DNA from: Rickettsiales bacterium
Lineage (GTDB): Bacteria > Pseudomonadota > Alphaproteobacteria > Rickettsiales > RI-342
DNA: 64,000 nucleotides
Assembly (NCBI GenBank): GCA_044368015.1
Contig: JBIPLF010000002.1
Coordinates: 25,625 to 89,624 of the forward strand
Reading direction: 5' to 3'
The notes beneath the pieces are model-generated. The model made no database searches. It had not been told where the DNA came from and saw only the letters and a list, made by a program, of their open reading frames with translations. Position numbers and translations under genes: made by a program. Below, piece after piece: positions 19,997-28,425 of this stretch (within the stretch, counting starts at the first letter, position 1; each line of letters opens with the position of its first letter).

Positions 19997-21346
19997 ATGC
20001 CTTTTGTTCGTCTGCTGATCGGATGCTATAGCCTGTTCTGGGGGGGGGCTGCGCTTGCCGCCTCGCCCCTCTACCATCAATACACCCTCGCCAATGGGCT
20101 GGAGGTGGTGGTGATTGAAAACCACACCGTTCCGGCGGTGAGCCATATGCTGTGGTACAAGGTCGGCGCGGCGGATGATCCTTACGGCACCTCCGGCATT
20201 GCCCATTTTCTGGAACATCTGATGTTCAAGGGCACGGAGACGCATCCCGGCAAGCAGTTTTCTTACACCGTGGCCAAATTGGGAGGGGAGGAAAACGCCT
20301 TCACCAGTTACGACTACACCGCTTACTTCCAGAATATCGCCACCGAACATCTGCCGCAGATGATGGCGATGGAGTCCGACCGGATGCGCGGGCTGATCCT
20401 CTCCGAGCGTGATATTCTGGACGAACGCAACGTGATTCTGGAAGAACGCAGCCAGCGGATCGATACCAACCCCGACGCTCTGCTGGGTGAGCAGATCCGT
20501 GCGAGCCTCTACCTCAACCACCCTTACGGGCGCCCGAATATCGGCTGGCGGCAGGAGATGGAAACCTTAAGCCGTGCCGATGCCCTCACCTTCTACCAGC
20601 GCTATTACCATCCCGGAAACGCCGTGCTGGTGGTAGCAGGCGATACCACCCCGGAAAAAGTGCTGCCGCTGGCGGAATTTTATTACGGCAAGATTCAAGC
20701 GGGACCGGTGGTGGAGCGGCATCGCCCGCCGGAGCCTCCGCAAACGGCGGCGCGTCGGCTGACCATGCACCATCCGGCGGCGACGCGCCCTCTATGGATG
20801 CGGTTTTACCACGCGCCAAGCCATGTAACGGAGGCCGCCCTTCCGGTGAAGAAACAGCGCGCCTATGCCCTGATGCTGCTTGCCCATCTGCTGGGGGGGA
20901 GTGACGCCAGCCTGCTGCACCAAACGCTGGTGCTAGATCAGAAAAAAGCCCTCTCTGTGGCGGTGAGCTATGATCCCCTCCGTATGGGGCCGGGATGGTT
21001 CGCCGTGACCGCCATCCCCACGCCGGGTGTGACGCCGGAAGCGCTGGAAACCGCGATAGATGGGGTGCTGGCGGGTATTCCCACCCACCGCTTCACCCGT
21101 GAGGAGCTGAAACGCACGCAAACGCTGTTTCTGGCGGAATCCATCTATGCAAGAGACAGTTTGCAAGGCTTGGGCATGGTGGTTGGTGAGCTTCGCACTG
21201 CGGGGCTACCGCTTTCCTATCTGGATGCCTGGGAGGCGCGCATCCGCGACGTAACCACCGACGATATGCAAAAAGCAGCCGCTTCGGTACTGATTCCGGA
21301 GGTATCGGTGACAGGACTGATGTTGCCTGAAGGGAGTGCGAAGTGA
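19997..21346 (+). CDS. M16-family zinc peptidase (active subunit)
   Basis: It has a signal peptide. The inverted zincin motif HFLEHLMFKG (HxxEH) is followed by a downstream E (EENAFTSYD). Confidence 0.9.
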   Translation: MPFVRLLIGCYSLFWGGAALAASPLYHQYTLANGLEVVVIENHTVPAVSHMLWYKVGAADDPYGTSGIAHFLEHLMFKGTETHPGKQFSYTVAKLGGEENAFTSYDYTAYFQNIATEHLPQMMAMESDRMRGLILSERDILDERNVILEERSQRIDTNPDALLGEQIRASLYLNHPYGRPNIGWRQEMETLSRADALTFYQRYYHPGNAVLVVAGDTTPEKVLPLAEFYYGKIQAGPVVERHRPPEPPQTAARRLTMHHPAATRPLWMRFYHAPSHVTEAALPVKKQRAYALMLLAHLLGGSDASLLHQTLVLDQKKALSVAVSYDPLRMGPGWFAVTAIPTPGVTPEALETAIDGVLAGIPTHRFTREELKRTQTLFLAESIYARDSLQGLGMVVGELRTAGLPLSYLDAWEARIRDVTTDDMQKAAASVLIPEVSVTGLMLPEGSAK

Positions 21347-21384
21347 TGCGTTGCTGGTGGGTAGTGATGAAGGACCGTCTCTCC

Positions 21385-21482
21385 GTCATGCTGAGCAGAG
21401 CGAAGCATCTCGCCGCTTGCAAGAAGTATCAGTGCTTCGCCAAGCAGGGAGATCCTTCAGGGGCAAGCCCCCTCAGGATGAC
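21385..21482. repeat. palindromic repeat, family A copy 3 (GTCATGCTGAG variant)
   Basis: gtcatgctgagc...gaagcatctc...gagatccttcagggg...cctcaggatgac. The right terminus contains the ATG at 21478. Confidence 0.8.
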
Positions 21483-22767
21483 GCTCACCACTCTGGCCCT
21501 TTGTCTCCTCACCCTCCCCGCCCATGCGATCGAGATTCAGGACGTCCCTACCCCGTCCGGCGTTCCGCTCTGGCTGGTGGAAAACCATCAATTGCCGGTG
21601 ATTACCGTCAAATTCGCCTTTCGTGGGGCGGGGTATGCGACCGACACGCCCGACACACAGGGCCGCGCCGCCCTCCTCTCCCGGATGCTGACCGAAGGCG
21701 CGGGCGAGTATGACGGCCCTGCCTTCCAGAAAGCACTGGAGGAAAAGGCGATTGGCATCAGCTACAGCGCGGGTCTCGACCACTTCACCGGTACGGTGCA
21801 GATGCTGCGCGACGAGCGCGAAGATGCCTCACGCTTTGTAGCGCTGGTCCACGCCAAGCCGCGGATAGAGCAAGCCAGCCTCGCCCGTGTGGTACGCGAA
21901 TTTCAGATGGCGTTACAACAGGCCGAGCAACAGCCGGATGAACGCGCCAGCCGCCTGTGGTGGGAGCAGGCCTTTGCGGGGCACCCTTACGCGAATCCGT
22001 TGCTTGGCACAGCCGAAACCCTGCCCCGTATGACGCAGGGAGATGTGCGCGCCCAACTGGCGTCCCTCTCGCGTGACCGGCTGATTGTCACCATGGTGGG
22101 GGACGTTTCGCCGCAGGAAGCCGCCGATTGGGTGGAAAACGCCTTTGCCGCGCTCCCGCACACCTCCACGCTGCCTGCTATTTCGGCGGCCAGCATGGCC
22201 AAGGGTGCGACCGAACATGCCTCCCTCCCCGCCTCTCCGCAAACAGCGATTTCCTTCGGGCTGCCGGGACTGCCGCGCTCCGATCCCGATTACTACGCCG
22301 CCTACTTGCTCAACCATATATTGGGGGGGGGCACCTTCACTTCGCGGCTGGTGCAGGAAATCCGCGAGGAACGAGGCCTTGCCTATACGGTGGCCACCAA
22401 CCTCATCCCCATGGCGCAAAGTGCCGTGTGGCTGGGCTATGCGGGCGTGAGCAACGCGAATGTCCCGCAAACCATCCAGCTCATTCGCAGCACCCTGAAG
22501 GCAGTGCATGATAATGGCGTCACCGCGCAGGAACTGGCAGACGCCAAAACCCATGTGATCGGCGCGCTACCCCTGCAAATGGATAGTACCGCAGGACTCG
22601 CCGGTTTTATGCTTTCCATGCAGCTTTTAGGCCTGCCCCGCGACTATATTACCCAGCGTGACACCTTGTTTGGTGGTGTGACGCTGGAACAGGTCAACCG
22701 GGTGGCCAAACGCCAATTGAACCCAGACCAGTTACTGATTACTTTTGCCGGAGGAGGCGCATCATGA
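21478..22767 (+). CDS. M16-family peptidase (non-catalytic-type subunit, no HxxEH)
   Basis: The internal start gives the signal peptide MTLTTLALCLLTLPAHA. The sequence shows an M16 inactive-domain pattern and is paired with the upstream active M16. The N-terminal extension in the ORF track is translated repeat. Confidence 0.85.
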   Translation: MTLTTLALCLLTLPAHAIEIQDVPTPSGVPLWLVENHQLPVITVKFAFRGAGYATDTPDTQGRAALLSRMLTEGAGEYDGPAFQKALEEKAIGISYSAGLDHFTGTVQMLRDEREDASRFVALVHAKPRIEQASLARVVREFQMALQQAEQQPDERASRLWWEQAFAGHPYANPLLGTAETLPRMTQGDVRAQLASLSRDRLIVTMVGDVSPQEAADWVENAFAALPHTSTLPAISAASMAKGATEHASLPASPQTAISFGLPGLPRSDPDYYAAYLLNHILGGGTFTSRLVQEIREERGLAYTVATNLIPMAQSAVWLGYAGVSNANVPQTIQLIRSTLKAVHDNGVTAQELADAKTHVIGALPLQMDSTAGLAGFMLSMQLLGLPRDYITQRDTLFGGVTLEQVNRVAKRQLNPDQLLITFAGGGAS

Positions 22768-24059
22768 CCTATCCCTTTACCCATAATACCGAGGGGTGTT
22801 TTACCGGGCAGCAGACGGTGGCGCGGGACGACTTCCACCGCAACAGCAAGGCGGCTTACGCGGCACTCCCCGATGTCATTCGGATGCGCAACAGCGGTGA
22901 ACTACCCCTTCTCAAGCTCCCCTCGCGGGAGGATGACATCCCGCAGATTGAACACACGGCGGCCGGCATTCGCACCCGCTTCAAGCGTCTGGTGGTGGTG
23001 GGGACTGGCGGGTCGAGCCTCGGTGGCATGGCGCTCACCGCATTGCGCGGGCCGTATGCCGCCTATAAAGGCGCCTTCCCTATCCATTTTCTGGAGAACC
23101 CGGACCCGCACAGCATCGCACAATTTCTGGCACATGTGCCGCTTGCCGATACGGCGTTTTTGATTGTCAGCAAATCCGGCAATACGATGGAAATCCTCTC
23201 CATCACCAGTGCGATCTTTCAGGCGCTTACCGCCGCGCATGGCGTGGAAGCGCTTGCCAAACACTGCACGGTCATTACCGAGCCGGGCGATAATCCGCTT
23301 CGTACGCTGGCCGCAAAACATAGCATCCCCACCCTGGAGCATGATCCAAAGGTGGGAGGGCGTTTTTCCGTGCTCTCGCTGGTGGGGTTGATTCCGGCCG
23401 CCGTGGCGGGACTGAGCGTTCGCGCTATCCGCGAAGGGGCGGCTCAAGTGATGGATACACTCGCCACGCCCGATCACTGCCCGGCTGCCGACGGCGCGGC
23501 GCTCCACGCTACCTGGATTCAGCATTTTATCCGCACCACGGTGCTGATGCCCTATGCCGACCGCATGGCAGAGTTCGGCCTGTGGTATCGCCAGCTCTGG
23601 GCGGAAAGCATTGGCAAGAATGGCGAAGGCTCCACCCCCATCCGCGCCATGGGTACGGTGGATCAGCACAGCCAATTGCAACTGTATCTGGACGGTCCCC
23701 GCGACAAAAGCTTCACCTTCATTGGGTTGGATACGCGCAACAGCGGGCCGGTGATTGATCCGCGCTGGTGCGACGATAGCCGCCTTGCCTATCTACAGGG
23801 CCATACGGTGGGCAGTGTGCTGCAAGCCGAGTTTGAGGCGGTGGTGGATACCTTCATGGCCAAGGATATGCCGTTGCGGGTGATGCTGCTTCCCACGCTC
23901 GACGAGCGGGTGATGGGCGCGCTGATGATGCATTGCATGCTGGAAACCATCCTCACCGCCAAGCTGATCCGGGTGAATGCGTTTGACCAGCCTGCGGTGG
24001 AAGAAGGCAAAATCCGTGCGATTGAGAAATTGCGCGCCGGGCAGAAAGAAGCGGCGTAA
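22764..24059 (+). CDS. pgi: glucose-6-phosphate isomerase (short form)
   Basis: VVVGTGGSSLGG, FLIVSKSGNTMEILS and GRFSVLSLVGLIPAA are SIS/PGI motifs. It overlaps the upstream stop by 4 nt. Confidence 0.88.
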   Translation: MTYPFTHNTEGCFTGQQTVARDDFHRNSKAAYAALPDVIRMRNSGELPLLKLPSREDDIPQIEHTAAGIRTRFKRLVVVGTGGSSLGGMALTALRGPYAAYKGAFPIHFLENPDPHSIAQFLAHVPLADTAFLIVSKSGNTMEILSITSAIFQALTAAHGVEALAKHCTVITEPGDNPLRTLAAKHSIPTLEHDPKVGGRFSVLSLVGLIPAAVAGLSVRAIREGAAQVMDTLATPDHCPAADGAALHATWIQHFIRTTVLMPYADRMAEFGLWYRQLWAESIGKNGEGSTPIRAMGTVDQHSQLQLYLDGPRDKSFTFIGLDTRNSGPVIDPRWCDDSRLAYLQGHTVGSVLQAEFEAVVDTFMAKDMPLRVMLLPTLDERVMGALMMHCMLETILTAKLIRVNAFDQPAVEEGKIRAIEKLRAGQKEAA

Positions 24060-24095
24060 AAAAAAAGAGGAGGGGGAACCAACTTCCCCTCCTCT
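24058..24095 (-). terminator. rho-independent terminator for the minus-strand CMD-family gene
   Basis: Read on the minus strand: agaggaggggaa-gttgg-ttccccctcctct followed by a T run of nine. That U-tract overlaps the pgi TAA stop on the other strand. Confidence 0.7.
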
Positions 24096-24120
24096 CCCTC
24101 AAGCCTCAAGCCTCAAGCGC

Positions 24121-24669
24121 TTAGGCGGCTTTCGCAATTTCCTGCGTGCTGATACGCGGAAAGTCGACCTCAGTACCCGCCACATGGTTGAAATAGTTAG
24201 TGAAGATGTTGAAGCTGGTGACGGTCAGGATTTCCGCAATCTCACCATCATTATAGCCTGCATCGCGTACCGCTTTCACATCGCTATCCGACAGATTGCC
24301 ACGCAGATCGACAATCTTGCGTGCGAAGGTGAGAGCGGCCTGTGTTTTCGTATCCGAAGAGCGGGCCGCCAGGTTTTGAGACATTTCGCCGTCGGCCAGA
24401 TTTTGTCCTTTACCGATCGCCGTATGCGCAGAAGCACAATAATCGCAACGGTTGGCACCGGCGACAGCGAGCGCAATTTGCTCACGCAGGGCAGCGGAGA
24501 TGGAGGTGCTCGCCAGCGCGGCGGAACCGCTCCAATAGAAGTTCAAAACGGCAGGAGACTGGGCAAAGGTTTTAAACACATTCGGCACGCTGCCGAGCTT
24601 CTGCTGCACTTGTGTCAGAATGGTTTGCGATTCCGAGTTGGGATTCGCGTTGGGCTGGATGCGAGGCAT
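24121..24669 (-). CDS. carboxymuconolactone decarboxylase / AhpD-like family protein
   Basis: The AhpD-core motif ANRCDYCASAH (CxxC) is present. The internal start is MPRIQPNANP. Confidence 0.8.
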   Translation of the reverse strand: MPRIQPNANPNSESQTILTQVQQKLGSVPNVFKTFAQSPAVLNFYWSGSAALASTSISAALREQIALAVAGANRCDYCASAHTAIGKGQNLADGEMSQNLAARSSDTKTQAALTFARKIVDLRGNLSDSDVKAVRDAGYNDGEIAEILTVTSFNIFTNYFNHVAGTEVDFPRISTQEIAKAA

Positions 24670-24784
24670 AGACAACTCCATTCGTTTGGGGGTTTGCAAA
24701 CGGTAAACGCACAAGTCTACCGGACCGGACGGTAAGCGCATTCCGAGATGGGGTCAAGACACGATGCCGCAACGCAGCAATGGG

Positions 24785-25882
24785 TCAGACGTTAAAGCGG
24801 AAATGGCACACATCCCCATCCTGCACGCGGTATTCCTTGCCTTCCAGCCGGAGTTTGCCCGCGTCTTTGGCACCTGATTCTCCCTTGCCCGCCACGTAAT
24901 CGGGATAGGCAATCACCTCGGCACGGATGAATCCGCGCTGAAAATCGGTGTGGATGGCCCCGGCGGCTTCGGGAGCGGTGGCGCCGCGATGCACCGTCCA
25001 GGCGCGTGCTTCCTTGGGGCCGACCGTGAAGAAGGTGAGGAGATCCAGCAAGCCATAGCCGCTGCGGATGACGCGGGAAAGACCGGTTTCGTTTAAGCCA
25101 AGACTCTCCAGAAATTCCTGTTTTTCGGCTTCGGTTTCAAGGGCTGCAATCTCCGACTCGATCCGTGCCGAAACTACCACGCTCACCGCTCCTTGCGATG
25201 CCGCCCATTCCGCTGCTTTGGCGGAGAGTGCGTTGCCGGTCGCGGCGGATGCCTCTTCCACGTTGCAGATTACCATCTGCGGCTTGGAGGTGAGGAGTTG
25301 CAGATGTTTGGCCGCTGCCTGTTCGCTTTCGGCAATCGCCACGCTGCGGGCGGGTTTGCCTTCCGCGAGCGCGGCCAGCACCCGCTCCATCAGTGGCACG
25401 AGCGCGGCGGCTTCTTTGTCGCTTTTGGCCTTTTTGACCAGTGCGGGCAGGCGTTTTTCCACCCCTTCCAGATCGGCAAGAATCAGCTCCATCTGGATGA
25501 TTTCCGCATCACGTAAGGGGTCGATACTGCCTTCCACATGGGTGATGTCACCATCTTCAAAGCAGCGCAGCACCATGGCGATGGCGTCTACCTCGCGGAT
25601 ATGGGAGAGAAACTGGTTGCCCAGCCCCTCCCCTTTGCTGGCACCGCGCACCAGACCGGCGATATCCACAAACTCCAGCGAGGTGGGGAGGATGGTCGCC
25701 GATCCGGCAATGGCGGCGAGCGTATCCAGTCGCGGGTCCGGCACCATCACACGCCCGACATTCGGCTCGATGGTGCAGAACGGATAATTGGCCGCTTCCG
25801 CTGCCGCCGTGGCGCAGAGCGCATTAAACAGGGTCGATTTGCCGACATTGGGCATCCCGACAATACCGCAATTAAATCCCAT
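24785..25882 (-). CDS. ychF: redox-regulated ATPase YchF
   Basis: MGFNCGIVGMPNVGKSTLFNAL (G1), DIAGLVRGASKGEGLGNQFL and C-terminal DGDVCHFRFNV. Confidence 0.95.
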   Translation of the reverse strand: MGFNCGIVGMPNVGKSTLFNALCATAAAEAANYPFCTIEPNVGRVMVPDPRLDTLAAIAGSATILPTSLEFVDIAGLVRGASKGEGLGNQFLSHIREVDAIAMVLRCFEDGDITHVEGSIDPLRDAEIIQMELILADLEGVEKRLPALVKKAKSDKEAAALVPLMERVLAALAEGKPARSVAIAESEQAAAKHLQLLTSKPQMVICNVEEASAATGNALSAKAAEWAASQGAVSVVVSARIESEIAALETEAEKQEFLESLGLNETGLSRVIRSGYGLLDLLTFFTVGPKEARAWTVHRGATAPEAAGAIHTDFQRGFIRAEVIAYPDYVAGKGESGAKDAGKLRLEGKEYRVQDGDVCHFRFNV

Positions 25883-26501
25883 TCGAGGAGGCTTTCTGTA
25901 TAGGAGGAGCATCGTTTTCGGGCAAACCCACCGCTTCAGCCATACGGGTCATAAAGAGCGGTGCATCGCCAGAAAACAGCAGGGGAATATAGTCGCTGAT
26001 TGCCCGCCAAATGAGGGGAAGCAACGGTTTTTCCTGCGTATTAAAATCGGAAAGCACGTAAGGCGTCACGTCGCTCGCATGTCCCGGATGGCCAATGCCA
26101 ATCCGCACCCGCCAATAGAGGTTGCCGAGTTGCTGGTCGATGCTTTTAAGCCCGTTATGCCCGCCACTGCCGCCATTGAGCTTGGCTTTTACCTTGGCGA
26201 AGCTGAGGTCCAGCTCGTCATGCAGGACAATCACCGATTGGGTGGGGAGTTTGTAAAACCGCGCCAGTTCGGCTACCGATCCGCCGGAATTATTCATGAA
26301 GGTCATAGGTTTGAGCGCATAAACACGCCGCCCCTCAATGGTGCCTTCCCGCACTTCGCCGCGAAACTGGGTTTTGGTGGGAGAAAAGCCGTAATCATCG
26401 GCCACGGTATCGAGCGCCAGAAACCCGGCATTGTGCCGGTTGCCGCGATAAGCGGGGCCGGGATTGCCAAGACCTACCAGTAACAGAGGCTCTGCGGACA
26501 T
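25872..26501 (-). CDS. pth: peptidyl-tRNA hydrolase
   Basis: LLVGLGNPGPAYRGNRHNAGF and GGHNGLKSI are present. Confidence 0.93.
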   Translation of the reverse strand: MSAEPLLLVGLGNPGPAYRGNRHNAGFLALDTVADDYGFSPTKTQFRGEVREGTIEGRRVYALKPMTFMNNSGGSVAELARFYKLPTQSVIVLHDELDLSFAKVKAKLNGGSGGHNGLKSIDQQLGNLYWRVRIGIGHPGHASDVTPYVLSDFNTQEKPLLPLIWRAISDYIPLLFSGDAPLFMTRMAEAVGLPENDAPPIQKASSNGI

Positions 26502-26564
26502 TCCCTACCCCTTTTATCGTCTGTCCTATGCCGAATGACACCGAGTCGCGATCTGGACTTTCCA

Positions 26565-26713
26565 CCGATGCTCGCAGCGTCATTGCTAGCGAGCAACGCG
26601 AGCGCGGCAATCCAGAAAACGGATGCGTTGCTGGATTGCTCTCGCCGCGCTAGCGCCGGCGCAGCGGGTCGTCGTTGCACTACTGGCAATGACGGGCACT
26701 GCAAGCATCGGCA
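26565..26713. repeat. palindromic repeat, family B copy 2 (extended hairpin)
   Basis: The core is gtcattgctagcgagc...ggcaatcc...ggattgc...ggcaatgac. It is flanked by the outer inverted repeat ccgatgctcgcag / ctgcaagcatcgg. It fills the rplY-pth spacer. Confidence 0.7.
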
Positions 26714-26729
26714 TACCGCAGGCGTTAAA

Positions 26730-27332
26730 CTAAGCCGCCGCTCCTTCAGCCGCCGTATCGTCCGCTTTACCACGGCCTACGATGGTGGCGATGGTGAAGT
26801 CACGATCATGAATCACCGGACGCACCCCTTCAGGCAGGGGGATGTGGCGAATATGCACGCTCTCACCGATATTGCAGGTAGTGAGGTCATATTCCAATGC
26901 ATTTGGAATGCGATTGGACGGGCAGATGAGTTCCACTTCGTGGCGCACCACGTTCAGCGCACCACCGCGTTTGAGACCAATGCTTTTGTCCTTGCCGTGG
27001 AAGATCACCGGCACCCAGACTTTCACCGGACGGCCTTCTTCAATCCGCAGAAAATCCACATGCTCCGGACGATCGGTCACGGGATGGTTTTGCACAGATT
27101 TTGGCAGCGCTTTTTGTTTTTTGCCATCGATGGTCAGTTCCACCACGCGGGCGAAAAAACGCCCTTTGCGCATGGCGAGCTGCACATCTTTCTCGATCAT
27201 ATCGAGCTTCACCGGCTCGTCCGCACCACCGTAAAGGATGGCAGGGATACGGCCTTCGCGACGCAGGGTGCGTGCCGGACCTTTTCCGGTGGCTTCCCGC
27301 GTGCGGGCTTCAAGTGTGATAACGTCCGACAT
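26730..27332 (-). CDS. rplY: 50S ribosomal protein L25 / general stress protein Ctc
   Basis: 200 aa. The sequence LEARTREATGKGPARTLRREGRIPAILYGG is typical of L25/Ctc. Confidence 0.93.
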   Translation of the reverse strand: MSDVITLEARTREATGKGPARTLRREGRIPAILYGGADEPVKLDMIEKDVQLAMRKGRFFARVVELTIDGKKQKALPKSVQNHPVTDRPEHVDFLRIEEGRPVKVWVPVIFHGKDKSIGLKRGGALNVVRHEVELICPSNRIPNALEYDLTTCNIGESVHIRHIPLPEGVRPVIHDRDFTIATIVGRGKADDTAAEGAAA

Positions 27333-27355
27333 ACTACTCTCCTCGTGAGGTCTTT

Positions 27356-28291
27356 TTAATCAAACAAACTGGAAACGGATCGCTCCTCACTGATGCGACG
27401 AATCGCTTCAGCAAGCAGTGGGGCCACCGTCACCACCCGGATATTCGGGGTCCCCTTTACCGCATCTGATGGACAAATGCTATCGGTAATTACTAATGAT
27501 TTCAGCAGCGAGCTGCGGATGCGCTCCAGCGCCTGACCAGAGAGCACGCCATGGGTCACATAGGCGGAAACAGACGCCGCTCCACGATCCATCAGGGCTT
27601 GCGCGGCATTGCACAGGGTTCCGGCCGTATCCACGATGTCATCCACCAGAATGCAGTCGCGCCCTTTAACATCGCCGATGATGTTCATCACCTCGGATTC
27701 GCCCGGCTGCATACGACGCTTATCGACAATCGCCAGATCCGCATCAATCCGTTTTGCCAGTGCCCGTGCCCGCACTACGCCGCCGACATCGGGCGAGACA
27801 ATCATCACGCGTTCCAGATCGGGGAATTGCTCGCGAATATCAGATACCAATGCCGGTGCGGCATAGAGGTGATCCACCGGAATATCAAAAAAACCCTGAA
27901 TTTGCGCGGCGTGGAGATCAATCGTCAGCACGCGGCTGGCGCCTGCGGTGGTGATGAGGTTCGCCACCAGCTTTGCCGTAATCGGCGTGCGCGGACCGGG
28001 CTTGCGATCCTGCCTCGCATAGCCGAAATAGGGGATGACCGTGGTGATGCGCTTGGCCGATGCGCGACGCAGCGCGTCCAGCGACACCAGCATTTCCATC
28101 ATATGGTCATTGGCAGGAAAGGAGGTGGACTGGATGACAAACACATCCTCGCCACGCACATTTTCCTGAATCTCTACAAACACTTCCTGATCTGAAAAAC
28201 GGCGCACCACGGCGTCAGTCAGCGGCACGCTCAGGTAAGCGGCAATGGCTTCCGCCAGTGGTCGGTTGCTATTACAGCTAAGCAGCTTCAT
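27356..28291 (-). CDS. prs: ribose-phosphate pyrophosphokinase
   Basis: 311 aa with GYARQDRK and the PRPP-binding loop [14 protein letters not shown]. Confidence 0.97.
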   Translation of the reverse strand: MKLLSCNSNRPLAEAIAAYLSVPLTDAVVRRFSDQEVFVEIQENVRGEDVFVIQSTSFPANDHMMEMLVSLDALRRASAKRITTVIPYFGYARQDRKPGPRTPITAKLVANLITTAGASRVLTIDLHAAQIQGFFDIPVDHLYAAPALVSDIREQFPDLERVMIVSPDVGGVVRARALAKRIDADLAIVDKRRMQPGESEVMNIIGDVKGRDCILVDDIVDTAGTLCNAAQALMDRGAASVSAYVTHGVLSGQALERIRSSLLKSLVITDSICPSDAVKGTPNIRVVTVAPLLAEAIRRISEERSVSSLFD

Positions 28292-28425
28292 GGTATGGTC
28301 TTGACCCCGTGATCAAATGAAGGGCGCGCACACTAGCAATATCCGCCCGCCCTGTAAAGCGAAACCGCGTGCAATCGGCTGATTTTCTATTGTAATTTAC
28401 GGAGTGCCGCCTATAGTCCCGCGCC

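Noticed and set aside
28292-28425. The prs/parE divergent spacer and the 30409-30545 spacer, considered as oriC candidates with DnaA boxes.
   Set aside because: I could not find sequences close to TTATCCACA or alphaproteobacterial variants, and the spacers are short and not AT-rich. Only the strand-switch observation was retained, as a low-interest inference.
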